The position numbers were made by a program, and so were the translations under genes. Shown here one piece after another: positions 17,985 through 28,167 of a stretch of DNA of 64,000 nucleotides. The stretch covers positions 29,167 through 93,166 of the forward strand of contig CAYOAT010000003.1 of NCBI GenBank assembly GCA_964402215.1, read 5' to 3'. The notes beneath the pieces are model-generated. The model did not search any database and was not told where the DNA came from. It saw only the letters and a program-made list of their open reading frames with translations. The stretch's first letter is position 1; each line of letters starts with the position of its first letter. The DNA comes from an uncultured Candidatus Saccharibacteria bacterium. GTDB lineage: Bacteria > Patescibacteriota > Minisyncoccia > Phycocordibacterales > JAACPR01.

Positions 17985-18363
17985 GTGGAGATGGCGGGAA
18001 TCGAACCCACGTGCAAACAGAGCAAACATATGATTCTACAAAGCCTAGTTAATCTTTTTATTTCGATCTCAAGGCTTAAAGATAAACAGAACACCTTGAA
18101 ATTATAGTCCTTTGTTTTGAAATGAATTCGGACGTAAACATTTCTATCTCGATGATTGTCGCTTTATCTAACTTATCGAGCTTTGGTTAGTAAAACGTCG
18201 CTTAGGCTAAAGCGTAAGCGAATGCAAAATTGCCGACTTTACCGTAAGGTGAAGCTACAGCTTTTTGATTTTCTGCACTTAGTGTTTGTTGCCTTTTAAA
18301 GAGTTGCAACAGCTCTGCTTTGCACATATGTTATGCGTCTGCCTGTCTAAGCCGATCATCCCC
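17985..18363 (-). ncRNA. ssrA: tmRNA
   Basis: 5' GGGGATG pairs with 3' CATCTCC-A, T-arm GGGTTCGATTCCC, tag ORF AENQKAVASPYGKVGNFAFAYALA* at 18276..18202, next to smpB. Confidence 0.95.
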
Positions 18364-18380
18364 GCACCATTGTTTAGCTT

Positions 18381-18459
18381 GATAACAAATATAAGTTTTT
18401 GAGTTCCTCCGCAGGGCGTAGCCTGAGGACTGGAACGAACAAAACTCATATTTGTGATC
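18381..18459. repeat. Imperfect palindrome whose core is shared with 59024-59063
   Basis: ACAAATATAAGTTTT...AAAACTCATATTTGT arms around TCCTCCGCAG-hairpin-TGAGGACTGGA. Confidence 0.65.
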
Positions 18460-18485
18460 TCCTACACAACAATGCGCGAATGATC

Positions 18486-18935
18486 TTAACGCAATTTTTT
18501 CAAAGAACGACTCATCTCTCGATCTGCTTCACGACGTTTAATAGTTTCTCTTTTATCACGAGTCTTTTTTCCGCGTGCAACAGTAAACGAAAGTTTAATA
18601 TTTCGGCCTTTATTATACATCGAAATTGGGATAAGTGTCAACCCCTTCTCATTATCATAATCAACCAGTTTTTGCAGTTCGCGTTTTGTTAGCAAAAGTT
18701 TTCTAGTTCTCTTTGGATCGTATTCAATAGGAGAGTTATTTGGTTGGTAAAGCGGAATTTCTGCTCCGATTAAAAATGCTTCACCACCGCGAACAGCAAC
18801 ATAAGAACCCAAAATACTGCCTCTTTTATTTTTGACAGATTTTACTTCAATACCCAAAAGCTCAATTCCGGCTTCGAATTGATCCATCAAATCGTAATTC
18901 CATTTTGCTTTTCTGTTTTCCAGTAAATTTGTCAT
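18486..18935 (-). CDS. smpB: SsrA-binding protein
   Basis: NRKA, EAGIELLGIEVKS, RKLLL, DKRETIKRRE. Confidence 0.97.
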   Translation of the reverse strand: MTNLLENRKAKWNYDLMDQFEAGIELLGIEVKSVKNKRGSILGSYVAVRGGEAFLIGAEIPLYQPNNSPIEYDPKRTRKLLLTKRELQKLVDYDNEKGLTLIPISMYNKGRNIKLSFTVARGKKTRDKRETIKRREADREMSRSLKKLR

Positions 18936-19003
18936 ATTTTTACTTTCTCCATAGTAGCAATCAAACTTTCTATAATCAATTTTTTGTTGTAAGATAAAAA
19001 TCT

Positions 19004-20947
19004 ATGAACGATGAAAAACAGACTCCGAAATTAAAAATTAAGATTAAAAAAGCAGGGAAGGGACGCTTTGGCCAAACACCAAATGGTATCTGGGGGAATT
19101 TAATTACGACTATTCTTGTTATTTTTACGATTGTTTTTATTTATTCTTCAATTGCAGAAGGCACAAAGAATCAAGAAGAAATTGCCTTGTCAAAACTTAC
19201 CCAGGATATCAAATCTGGAATTGTTGAAACTATCACAATTCGTGGAGACGAAGTCGAAGCAAAATACAAAGACAGTGAAATAATTCGAACTACAAAGAAA
19301 GAAGCCGCAGCATCTTTTTCAGAAACTCTTGTGGACTACGGTTTAACTGCAGAAGAAATTTCAAAAGTTACTATTGATATAAAAAATGAGACAGGTTTTG
19401 GCTACTGGTTTTACAATTTAGCACCATTTTTACTTCCACTATTTTTCGTTCTCTTTTTAATTTGGTATTTAACACGACAAGTTAAAGGTGCTGGCATGCA
19501 GGCGTTTACCTTTGGTCAAACAAACGCACGTTTAGTAAATCCAAAAGATAAAAGCAAAGTTACGTTTAAAGATGTCGCTGGCGCAAAGGAAGCCAAAGAA
19601 GAATTGATGGAAATTGTTGATTTCTTAAAAAATCCTAAAAAGTTTTTGGACATCGGCGCGCAGATTCCAAAAGGAATTCTGCTTATGGGTGCTCCTGGTA
19701 CAGGAAAAACTTTACTTGCTCGTGCGACCGCCGGGGAAGCCGGTGTCTCATTCTTTTCTGTTTCTGGTTCTGAATTCGTCGAAATGTTTGTCGGTGTTGG
19801 TGCAAGCCGTGTTCGTGATTTATTTAAATTAGCAAAATCTGCTTCGCCAGCCATAATTTTTATTGATGAAATAGATGCTGTTGGCCGCGCTCGTGGAGTT
19901 GGTGTTGGTGGTGGAAATGATGAAAGAGAACAAACTTTGAATCAAATATTGGTTGAAATGGATGGTTTTGAACCGGCTGACAAAGTTATTGTTATGGCTG
20001 CGACAAATAGACCAGATGTTTTGGATCCAGCAATTTTACGACCAGGACGATTTGATCGTCGCGTTACTATTGATTTACCTGATCGAAAAGATCGTGAAGA
20101 TATTTTGAAAGTTCATGCGTTGAATAAACCTCTTGCTGAAGATGTAAATTTCATTGTTTTAGCAGAAAGAACACCAGGATTTTCTGGAGCAGATTTGTAT
20201 TCAATGGTTAACGAAGCAGCAATTCTTGCGGCACGTGAAAGTCGAAAGAAAGTCGCACAATTTGATTTAATCCGTTCGATTGAAAAAGTTATGCTTGGTC
20301 CAGAACGTCGCAGCCACTTACTTTCTGAGAAAGAAAAGAAAATTACGGCATATCACGAAGCGGGGCACGCATTAGTTGCTTCACTACTACCAAATTCTGA
20401 TCCGGTTCATAAAATTTCTATTATTGCTCGTGGTCGCGCAGGTGGTTACACAATTAAACTGCCATCAGAAGATCGAAAATTACAATCACGCAAAGAATTT
20501 TTGGATGATTTGGTTATGACACTTGGTGGTTATGTTACCGAACAAATGATTTTTGGTGATATCACAACTGGTCCATCAAATGATTTACAAGTGGCGACAT
20601 CTTTGGCACGCGATATGGTAACCAGATTTGGAATGTCAGAAAAATTTGGACCAATCGCCCTGGAAGGAAACGGTGGACGTACAATTTTTGGTCACGGAGT
20701 CGCTGATAAAGAATACGCAGATAAATTTGGTGATGAAATTGATAATGAAGTTTCAAAAATGTTATCAACCGCAAGAACTCATGCCGAAAAACTTCTTTCT
20801 GAAAATAAAATAGTTTTGGATGCAATTGCCAATAAATTATTAGAAGTTGAAACCCTTGAAAGAGAAGAATATGAAAAATTATTAGCGGTTCACGGAATTA
20901 CTGTTCACGACTCACGAAAAGATAAAGATAGTTTAAATTTAAATTAA
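19004..20947 (+). CDS. ftsH: ATP-dependent zinc metalloprotease FtsH
   Basis: 2 [13 protein letters not shown] motif RPGRFDR, HEAGH. Confidence 0.98.
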   Translation: MNDEKQTPKLKIKIKKAGKGRFGQTPNGIWGNLITTILVIFTIVFIYSSIAEGTKNQEEIALSKLTQDIKSGIVETITIRGDEVEAKYKDSEIIRTTKKEAAASFSETLVDYGLTAEEISKVTIDIKNETGFGYWFYNLAPFLLPLFFVLFLIWYLTRQVKGAGMQAFTFGQTNARLVNPKDKSKVTFKDVAGAKEAKEELMEIVDFLKNPKKFLDIGAQIPKGILLMGAPGTGKTLLARATAGEAGVSFFSVSGSEFVEMFVGVGASRVRDLFKLAKSASPAIIFIDEIDAVGRARGVGVGGGNDEREQTLNQILVEMDGFEPADKVIVMAATNRPDVLDPAILRPGRFDRRVTIDLPDRKDREDILKVHALNKPLAEDVNFIVLAERTPGFSGADLYSMVNEAAILAARESRKKVAQFDLIRSIEKVMLGPERRSHLLSEKEKKITAYHEAGHALVASLLPNSDPVHKISIIARGRAGGYTIKLPSEDRKLQSRKEFLDDLVMTLGGYVTEQMIFGDITTGPSNDLQVATSLARDMVTRFGMSEKFGPIALEGNGGRTIFGHGVADKEYADKFGDEIDNEVSKMLSTARTHAEKLLSENKIVLDAIANKLLEVETLEREEYEKLLAVHGITVHDSRKDKDSLNLN

Positions 20948-21013
20948 AATTTTGTTGAAATATTAAAAAAGAGACGGGCCTTGTGGCTCGCCTCTTTGCG
21001 TTTGCTTTGGCGA

Positions 21014-21283
21014 TTATGACGCCGCAGCAGAAAGTGGTGTGATGTCAAAACAGTACCAGAATCGCTGAACCGTCGGCCAATATCCGCAGCCGATCAGCAT
21101 CTGAGCGGTTTTAGAGCTGAGTTTTTGGCACTTATTAGCGTGAAGTGCACAGATCAGATAGATAATCCGATTTGATGTGATCAAACTTTGGGCGAACTCG
21201 TCAACAATGTCAACGGTAAGACGATACTTCGCGCCGATCGGATCAGTGACGATAAACTTTCGTTTGGGTATTACTTCTAGCAT
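21014..21283 (-). CDS. Hypothetical protein (stand-alone module downstream of tRNA-Ile)
   Basis: TTGACA-16-TAGAAT at 21331-21358; hairpin at about 20965-20997. Confidence 0.5.
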   Translation of the reverse strand: MLEVIPKRKFIVTDPIGAKYRLTVDIVDEFAQSLITSNRIIYLICALHANKCQKLSSKTAQMLIGCGYWPTVQRFWYCFDITPLSAAAS

Positions 21284-21382
21284 GACATCCGCCTTTCATT
21301 TGGTTTGTGGAATGAACGTTTCAGCCACAAATTCTACATATAAAAGTAAAGATGTCAATTTCTTCATTAGACAACAAAATTG

Positions 21383-21455
21383 TGCACCAGCTAGGACTCG
21401 AACCTAGGACCACCGAGGTATAAGCTCGGCGCTCTACCAACTGAGCTACTGGTGC
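21383..21455 (-). tRNA. tRNA-Ile(TAT)
   Basis: Cloverleaf GCACCAG...CCGAG-CTTATAC-CTCGG...GGTTCGAGTCC...CTGGTGC-A. Confidence 0.9.
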
Positions 21456-21502
21456 ATTCAGCGCTTTTGATTCTATTATTTTAGAGTGAGGATGTAAAGG
21501 TT

Positions 21503-21940
21503 TTAGTCAATATTCATTAAAAGTGCTCGATCTGTTTCTGCAATAACTTTTCTTATAATCTCTCTTAATTCATCTATTGCAGCAAATTCTCCAATTGGCC
21601 CTGTTGTTAATTCAACTTGCAATTGATTTATCATTTGGCCACGATTAATCTCTACACCTTTTTTACCTCCGCTTAAAGTCATTCTTGCTTTTTCGTAATA
21701 TTCTTTAAGTCTAGGATTTTTTTCAATCTGAAATCTAACCATTTTTTGTTCAACTGCGCCCAAGAGTGAAGCAATACCAGTCTGTGGTCGTTCCAATAAT
21801 TTTTCCTGAGTAGGGTCTCGTTCTGGTATTTCTGCAGTAACTCCTTCTACAACATTTGGTAGGTCATCTCCTTCAGGAAGTAATTCTTCTTCTCCAATTT
21901 TATCAATTCCTGGTTTTCTAATATCTTTTTCGAATGACAT
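21503..21940 (-). CDS. Hypothetical protein
   Basis: 145 aa charged ORF. Confidence 0.65.
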   Translation of the reverse strand: MSFEKDIRKPGIDKIGEEELLPEGDDLPNVVEGVTAEIPERDPTQEKLLERPQTGIASLLGAVEQKMVRFQIEKNPRLKEYYEKARMTLSGGKKGVEINRGQMINQLQVELTTGPIGEFAAIDELREIIRKVIAETDRALLMNID

Positions 21941-21993
21941 AAATTTTTAATAGTTATTAATAAACTAATCCTATCAAAAAACAGTAATCTCTA

Positions 21994-24165
21994 CTATTCA
22001 AAATGTATAAAGCTTCTAGAATTTATCTTTTCCAATAATTTAGGAAAAGTTTTCAATTCGGCATCTTGTTCGATAATATTTTTTGCTTCAATCTGAGCAG
22101 CCTCAACCATTTTTATATTTTTAATAGCTTCCATTCCGATATCAGAAATACCCCATTGTTTTATTCCAGCAAGTTCACCGGCGCCCCTGATTCCCAGATC
22201 CAGCTCCGCTAATTCAAATCCATTTTTTGCGGTTTTAATAGCCCGTAATCTTTTAATTGAATTCTCTGTTTTTGAATCCGTGAAAATAAAACAAAATGAC
22301 TGATAATTACTGCGCAAAACCCGACCGCGTAATTGATGCAATTGTGCGAGACCAAATCTATCAGCACCTTCAATAATAATCATCGTCGCATTTGGAATAT
22401 TTACACCGACTTCAATAACAGAAGTAGAAACCAAAATATCAATCTCAGCATTCTCAAAGCTTTTCATGATATTTTCTTTTTCTGTTGGGCTCATTTTGCT
22501 GTGAATTTCAGCAATTTCTAAATTAGGAAAAACTTCTTCACGTAGTCTTTTAGCTTCAGCTTTTACTGATTTTGCATACAAAGCTCCAATTTTCTTTTCA
22601 TCCGGCTCATCAATTCTTGGACAAATTATAAAAGCTTGTCGGCCACTCGCAATTTCTTTTTTCATTTTTTCATAAACATTTTGTCTTTCTTCCGGTAAAA
22701 CAATTTCTGTAATCACGGGTTTTCTTCCTGCTGGCATTTGATCAAGTAAAGTTAAATCCAGATCTCCATAAACTGTTAGTGACAAAGTGCGGGGAATAGG
22801 AGTCGCAGTCATTGATAACAAATGTGGGATAGCCTCGTCTTTTTGGGCTAATTTTCTTCTTTGCTCAGTTCCAAAACGATGTTGCTCGTCAATAATTACC
22901 AGTCCTAAATGTTTAAATTTAATACTTTTTTGAATCAAAGCGTGTGTTCCAACAACAATTGGGATTTCACCGTTTTCAACCCATTTCGACAATTGTTGGC
23001 GTGAAATTTTTGTAGCTTCTCGGGGATTAACTTTTGAAGGGAATTTATAACAATTTGACCCCGTAATTAAGCCAACTTGAATTCCACTTCCTGTGAAATA
23101 TCGAACAAAATTTTCGAAATGTTGTTTGGCCAAAATTTCTGTTGGAACCATATAGGCAGTTTGTAAATTGCCGTGTTGGCGACCATGGGGCGTACAGTTT
23201 GTCACGGCGTAGACGGCGGCAGCTGCAACAGCAGTTTTTCCAGAACCGACATCTCCCTCAAGAAGTCGTGACATTGGGTAATCTTTTTTCATGTCATCCA
23301 AAATTGTTTTTATTGATAATTCCTGGGCAGCAGTTAAAGCGAAAGGGTATTTATCGGTGAACTTTTTTACATCTTTTAATGTAGTTATGACTCTATGTGA
23401 TTTTATTTTTTTTATTTCGGCTCTTTGTTTCTGTTTTTGTAGTTGTATATAGAAAATTTCCTCAAAGGCAAATCTTTTTCTGGCAGAAATCGCGTCGGTT
23501 TCTTTTTTGGGGCTGTGAATCCAAATCAAGGAAGTTTTTAAGGATGGTAAATTATATTTATTAAGAATTTCTTCTGGTAGAGAATCGGAAATCTCATCCA
23601 GAATTCCGGATTTCAAAATTTTTTGAACAGTATGAAAAAACCAATTTGAAGTAATTCCTCGTGATTCCGAATATACTGGATGGAGAGTTGTTGAATTATC
23701 TTCAAATTTTGATTCATTTGAAAAAAGCGAACCACTTGCTGAGTCAGGGATATTCGAAACTCGTTCAATTTGAGGATTTGGAATAGAGAAAAAGTTTCCA
23801 GTTTTTTTATTGCTAACTGTTCCTTCAACACGAACTAACTCCCCGTCATGAAACATTTTTGCAATGTAGGGCTGGCTAAACCAAATTAATTTTGCAGAAC
23901 CAGTTTCGTCGGAAATTGTAGCTCTGGCGATAGGGAGGCGCCCATGAAAAGTTTTACCTGTATCCAATGATTTAATTTCTCCATAAATCATGACTTTCTT
24001 TCCGGCCGCTAAACTATCTATTTTTATTTGCTCAAAATTTTCTCCATATTTGTTTGGGAAATGATAAAGAACGTCCGCAATAGTTTCTATTTGCAGTTTT
24101 GCCAGCGCTTTTTTTTGAGGTGTCAAAAGTCTAAAAGTATTTTCAACTTTATCGGTTAGATTCAT
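21994..24165 (-). CDS. recG: ATP-dependent DNA helicase RecG
   Basis: GDVGSGKT, DEQHRFG, TATPIPRT, QLHQLRGRV. Confidence 0.97.
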   Translation of the reverse strand: MNLTDKVENTFRLLTPQKKALAKLQIETIADVLYHFPNKYGENFEQIKIDSLAAGKKVMIYGEIKSLDTGKTFHGRLPIARATISDETGSAKLIWFSQPYIAKMFHDGELVRVEGTVSNKKTGNFFSIPNPQIERVSNIPDSASGSLFSNESKFEDNSTTLHPVYSESRGITSNWFFHTVQKILKSGILDEISDSLPEEILNKYNLPSLKTSLIWIHSPKKETDAISARKRFAFEEIFYIQLQKQKQRAEIKKIKSHRVITTLKDVKKFTDKYPFALTAAQELSIKTILDDMKKDYPMSRLLEGDVGSGKTAVAAAAVYAVTNCTPHGRQHGNLQTAYMVPTEILAKQHFENFVRYFTGSGIQVGLITGSNCYKFPSKVNPREATKISRQQLSKWVENGEIPIVVGTHALIQKSIKFKHLGLVIIDEQHRFGTEQRRKLAQKDEAIPHLLSMTATPIPRTLSLTVYGDLDLTLLDQMPAGRKPVITEIVLPEERQNVYEKMKKEIASGRQAFIICPRIDEPDEKKIGALYAKSVKAEAKRLREEVFPNLEIAEIHSKMSPTEKENIMKSFENAEIDILVSTSVIEVGVNIPNATMIIIEGADRFGLAQLHQLRGRVLRSNYQSFCFIFTDSKTENSIKRLRAIKTAKNGFELAELDLGIRGAGELAGIKQWGISDIGMEAIKNIKMVEAAQIEAKNIIEQDAELKTFPKLLEKINSRSFIHFE

Positions 24166-24195
24166 TAGCTTGATATTACCATTCGAAAATGACTT

Positions 24196-24444
24196 TTAAA
24201 ACTCGTCTTTCTTTCTTCTTTTCTCAATATATTTTTGAATTTTCTCGCGCATTGCAATTTTTGGAAATATCATTTTTAGTCCAACAAGAAAAACCAAACC
24301 AAACGGAGTGAATGGGGTAATAATTGCGATTAGGCCGATTACAATAAAAATCCAGCCAATTATTTTTCGAGTGGTTTTATTCTGTGGTTTGTCCATCAAA
24401 TTCTGCGTCGTTTGCTTCGGCTTCTTCTTTAGTAGCTCTAACAA
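24196..24444 (-). CDS. Small membrane protein (true start probably MDKPQ)
   Basis: Hairpin TM IGWIFIVIGLIAIITPFTPFG. Confidence 0.55.
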   Translation of the reverse strand: MLELLKKKPKQTTQNLMDKPQNKTTRKIIGWIFIVIGLIAIITPFTPFGLVFLVGLKMIFPKIAMREKIQKYIEKRRKKDEF

Positions 24445-24775
24445 TTCCGTCTTTGTGGTGTGCGGGGGAATAAATAGTGTAAAGTTTCAAATCTTCGGTT
24501 TCAGAAATATTTATAATATTGTGTTGTGCGCCGGCAGGAACGACGATGGCGCTGCCATCTTCTAAGTTATAACTATTACCATCTATAATGCATTGTCCTT
24601 GACCTTTTTCAAAACGAAAGAATTGATCATTGTCGGTGTGAACTTCCATTCCAATTTCTTCTTTTGGTTTTAAACTCATTAAAACTAACTGGCTGTTTTT
24701 ACCGGTATATAAAACTTTTCTAAAATTATTATTTTCTAATGTATCTTTTTCTATATTTCCCGAAAATCCTTTCAT
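24377..24775 (-). CDS. Cupin domain protein
   Basis: EIGMEVH..DQFFRFE..G and VPAGAQHNIIN motifs. Confidence 0.9.
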   Translation of the reverse strand: MKGFSGNIEKDTLENNNFRKVLYTGKNSQLVLMSLKPKEEIGMEVHTDNDQFFRFEKGQGQCIIDGNSYNLEDGSAIVVPAGAQHNIINISETEDLKLYTIYSPAHHKDGIVRATKEEAEANDAEFDGQTTE

Positions 24776-24839
24776 GTTTTTATTTAGTTATATTAATAAC
24801 AATATTCGAATTGTATGATAATTCTTCTTTTTTTCAAAA

Positions 24840-25199
24840 TTAGGCAATTGAAAGTAATACGACTGCAATTATTGCAAAAATTATTCCAGCTATACCAAAC
24901 GCATTTAATTTTTCACCAAAAACCATGATACCTATTAGCACGGTAAGAGCCAAACTTAACACTGACCAAGTTGTTCCTACTATTGAAAGTTGATTTTTTT
25001 GCATTAGCGCCGGCAGCCAAGCTAATAAACTTAAGGTATTAACGATAATTAATAGAAAAATGAACGAAAAACTGGGTGCCAACGCAAATTTCTTTGATAA
25101 AAATTCTCCGGCAGCAAAAAATAGTGCTGATATAAGAAGCCAAGCCATAACTGGCATTGCGAAAATAAAATTCATTTCCAGATTATAGCACGGCCCCAA
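24840..25199 (-). CDS. SMR/DMT-family small transporter
   Basis: 4 TM, GEFLSK, VFGEKLN. Confidence 0.75.
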   Translation of the reverse strand: MGPCYNLEMNFIFAMPVMAWLLISALFFAAGEFLSKKFALAPSFSFIFLLIIVNTLSLLAWLPALMQKNQLSIVGTTWSVLSLALTVLIGIMVFGEKLNAFGIAGIIFAIIAVVLLSIA

Positions 25200-25239
25200 G
25201 TATTTTTAATTATGACGTTACGAACTTTTCGATCAGTTG

Positions 25240-25327
25240 CGGAGAGTGTGGGATTCGAACCCACGAGGGCTTTAAGACCCTACCTCGTTAGCAGTGAGGC
25301 GCTTTCGGCCAGCTCAGCCAACTCTCC
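25240..25327 (-). tRNA. tRNA-Ser(GCT)
   Basis: Anticodon loop CTGCTAA, long variable arm, GGTTCGAATCC. Confidence 0.93.
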
Positions 25328-25382
25328 AAAAATTCCTAGAATAGTCTATAATAAACATAATTATCATTAAAGTCCAAACAAT

Positions 25383-25658
25383 ATGAATATGAACGAACAA
25401 ATAATGGGGAATATCTTTAGTCTTACAGGAAATATTGGCACAGACTTAGCAATTTTTATTCTCATGTTGCTGTGGGTTTTTTTCTGGAAGGGGCGCGCAT
25501 TATGGGTTGCCGCGAAACAAAATTCTGTTAAATGGTTTATGGTTTTATTTGTTGTGCAAACCGCCGGAATTTTAGAAATACTTTATATATTTATTTTTAG
25601 TGATAAGGAAACAAAAATTGAAAACATAGATTCTGGTGATATTAATGCGCAACAGTAA
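25383..25658 (+). CDS. DUF5652-like small membrane protein
   Basis: WKGRALWVAAK...WF...TAGILEILYIF. Confidence 0.75.
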   Translation: MNMNEQIMGNIFSLTGNIGTDLAIFILMLLWVFFWKGRALWVAAKQNSVKWFMVLFVVQTAGILEILYIFIFSDKETKIENIDSGDINAQQ

Positions 25659-26268
25659 AAGATAAAACTTTTTTTGCGCCACTGCCAATAATAATATTTA
25701 CTAGTTCAGTTAAAGTTGCGCCTGTTGTTAAAACATCATCAACAATAATTACATTTTTATTTTTTAATAATTCCACTTTCACTATTGAAAAAACACCCTT
25801 CATATTTTCTATTCTTTCTTTTCTGTTGCTCCACGATTGTTTTTGCTTGTAAATAATTCTATTAACTGCCCCGGGTTCATATTGTAAGAACTTTCCTTGA
25901 TCAATTTTCATTATTTCTTCACAAATCCATTCACATTGGTTAAAACCACGTTCTTTTCGACGTTTTTTATGAATAGGAACGGGAATAATAATATAGCGTA
26001 ATTTCTTATCTATTATTTCAAAAATTTTGTCATATAAAAATTTTCCACAATATTCCGCGTACTTTCTTTGTCCATTAAATTTAATTTGCCACAGCATTTC
26101 TTTTATCAAAAGATCTTTGTAAGCAAATATTGACCAAATATTTTTATTAGTAGAATTTTTTTTCTGACACTTTGTAAATATTTCCTCCATAGATAGGGAA
26201 TCAAGCTCTTTTGCTATCTTTGATAGCGGAAACAACAGATCTAATAACAACCTGATGATTTTTTTCAT
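25642..26268 (-). CDS. comF: ComF-family competence phosphoribosyltransferase-like protein
   Basis: PVPIH...ERGFNQ, IIVDDVLTTGAT. Confidence 0.9.
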   Translation of the reverse strand: MKKIIRLLLDLLFPLSKIAKELDSLSMEEIFTKCQKKNSTNKNIWSIFAYKDLLIKEMLWQIKFNGQRKYAEYCGKFLYDKIFEIIDKKLRYIIIPVPIHKKRRKERGFNQCEWICEEIMKIDQGKFLQYEPGAVNRIIYKQKQSWSNRKERIENMKGVFSIVKVELLKNKNVIIVDDVLTTGATLTELVNIIIGSGAKKVLSFTVAH

Positions 26269-26298
26269 AGACCTATGTTATAATTTAGTAGATTAATC

Positions 26299-27405
26299 AT
26301 GAGCAGTTTTCTTGATAATTTCTTTAATAGTTTTTCAAAAAAAGCCGAGGAAAGCGCCATCGGTATTGACATTGGGTCTTCTTCTATAAAAGTTGTTGAA
26401 ATTAAAAAACGAAACGATCGTGCGGTTCTTCATACATATGGTGAAATTGCTCTTGGGCCATATGCGGGGATAGAGGTTGGTCGTGCTACAAAACTTCAAC
26501 CCGATCAAATTGTTCAGGCCCTAAATGATGTATTAAAAGAATCAAATGTTTCAACTCGAATTGGTGCCATTTCAATACCGATGCGATCCAGCATGGTTTC
26601 AATTTTCAGTATGCCAATTATGGACAACAAACAATTGGCTGAAATGATTCCAATTGAAGCTAGAAAATATATTCCAGTTCCGATCGGCGAGGTTACTTTG
26701 GATTGGTTTATTATTCCTGAAGATCCAAATTCTGAAGTTGATAAGAAACACCGAAAATTTGTTGAGGCAATGGTTGTAGCAATTCATAATGATGTTTTGG
26801 CAGACTATAGCAACATCGCAAAAAATGCCCAAGTTCAAACTTCATTTTTCGAAGTTGAAATGTTCTCGACAATTCGCGCCGTTGTTGATTCAACAGACAA
26901 TGCGCCAGTCATGATTATTGATATCGGCGCCTCTGCAACAAAAGTTTATATTGCGGAACGTGGAGTGATTAGAGATTCTCATACTATTAATCGTGGATCA
27001 CAAGAAATTACTTTAAATATTGCCCAAGCTATGGGAATAAATATTGATTTTGCCGAAAAGATAAAAAGAAATTATGGATTTAATGAACAAAAACAAGATC
27101 AGTTGTTAAAAGAAACAATTGATTGGATTTTTGATCCAATCTTTTTGGAGATCAAAGATATTTTATTAGAGTTTCAAAGAAAAAATAACAAGATTGTCTC
27201 ACGTGCGATTCTTGCAGGTGGTGGTGGATTACTAAATGGTCTTGCGATGAAAGCACAAACTAAAATGGAAATTGAAACTGTAAATGCTGATCCTTTTTCA
27301 AAAGTAGAAGCTCCAGCCTTTTTGACTGACGTATTAAGACAAACAGGAGCAAGTTTTACAACCGCCATAGGATTGGCTCTCAGAAAATTACAAGAAATGG
27401 ATTAA
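26299..27405 (+). CDS. pilM: Type IV pilus assembly protein PilM
   Basis: IGIDIGSSSIKVVE, IDIGASAT, TAIGLALR. Confidence 0.93.
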   Translation: MSSFLDNFFNSFSKKAEESAIGIDIGSSSIKVVEIKKRNDRAVLHTYGEIALGPYAGIEVGRATKLQPDQIVQALNDVLKESNVSTRIGAISIPMRSSMVSIFSMPIMDNKQLAEMIPIEARKYIPVPIGEVTLDWFIIPEDPNSEVDKKHRKFVEAMVVAIHNDVLADYSNIAKNAQVQTSFFEVEMFSTIRAVVDSTDNAPVMIIDIGASATKVYIAERGVIRDSHTINRGSQEITLNIAQAMGINIDFAEKIKRNYGFNEQKQDQLLKETIDWIFDPIFLEIKDILLEFQRKNNKIVSRAILAGGGGLLNGLAMKAQTKMEIETVNADPFSKVEAPAFLTDVLRQTGASFTTAIGLALRKLQEMD

Positions 27406-27475
27406 ATCCACAGTAATTGCTGAATAATTTCCTTGCTTTGTAAAATTTGTAGTATAATTAAAAATAGTAAAGCAC

Positions 27476-28162
27476 ATGACTGATCAAAATTTTAAAACTT
27501 CTTTTATACCAACAAAACCAATTCAGCCTGTTAGCCGCGGCGGCCGACTGGGAGGAGGACATGGTAATTTTCTTAACATTATTACTTTAGGTATTTTTAT
27601 TCTCTCAATTGTTCTGTCTGGTGGGGTTTTTGGATATAAATTTATTCTTGAAAAAAATTATGATGACGGAATAGAAGAACTAGAGAATGTGAAAAAATCT
27701 CTTGATACTCCACTTGTAAATGAGGCGGACAGACTTAATAATAGAATCAATAGTGTAAAATCTATATTTGATAGTCACTTGGCTCCTTCAAGATTGATTA
27801 CTCTATTAGAATCAAAGACCTTAAAGACTATTCAGTTTAATAGTTTATCATTTAGAAAAGAAGCGGACGGAAGTTTTAAAATTACTGCTGATGGAATTGC
27901 AAATGACTATGGATCAATTGTTGCCCAATCCGAACAATATGGAAAAACTACTTTCTTAAAAGACGTTCTATTTTCTGGATTACAGCCAAATTCACAAGGT
28001 GGTGTTAATTTTGTTCTTGATGCCATTGTTGATCAACCTTTAATTTCATTTAAAAAGAAAGTGGAAGATTTAAACAGTGGCACTCCAACTGAGCCAGTCA
28101 GTAACAGTCCTTCGAAAGGTGATAGTTTTGAATTTCCTAACGGAACGTCGACTAATAATTAA
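27476..28162 (+). CDS. PilN-like protein
   Basis: TM plus coiled coil; follows pilM. Confidence 0.65.
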   Translation: MTDQNFKTSFIPTKPIQPVSRGGRLGGGHGNFLNIITLGIFILSIVLSGGVFGYKFILEKNYDDGIEELENVKKSLDTPLVNEADRLNNRINSVKSIFDSHLAPSRLITLLESKTLKTIQFNSLSFRKEADGSFKITADGIANDYGSIVAQSEQYGKTTFLKDVLFSGLQPNSQGGVNFVLDAIVDQPLISFKKKVEDLNSGTPTEPVSNSPSKGDSFEFPNGTSTNN

Positions 28163-28167
28163 ATGAT

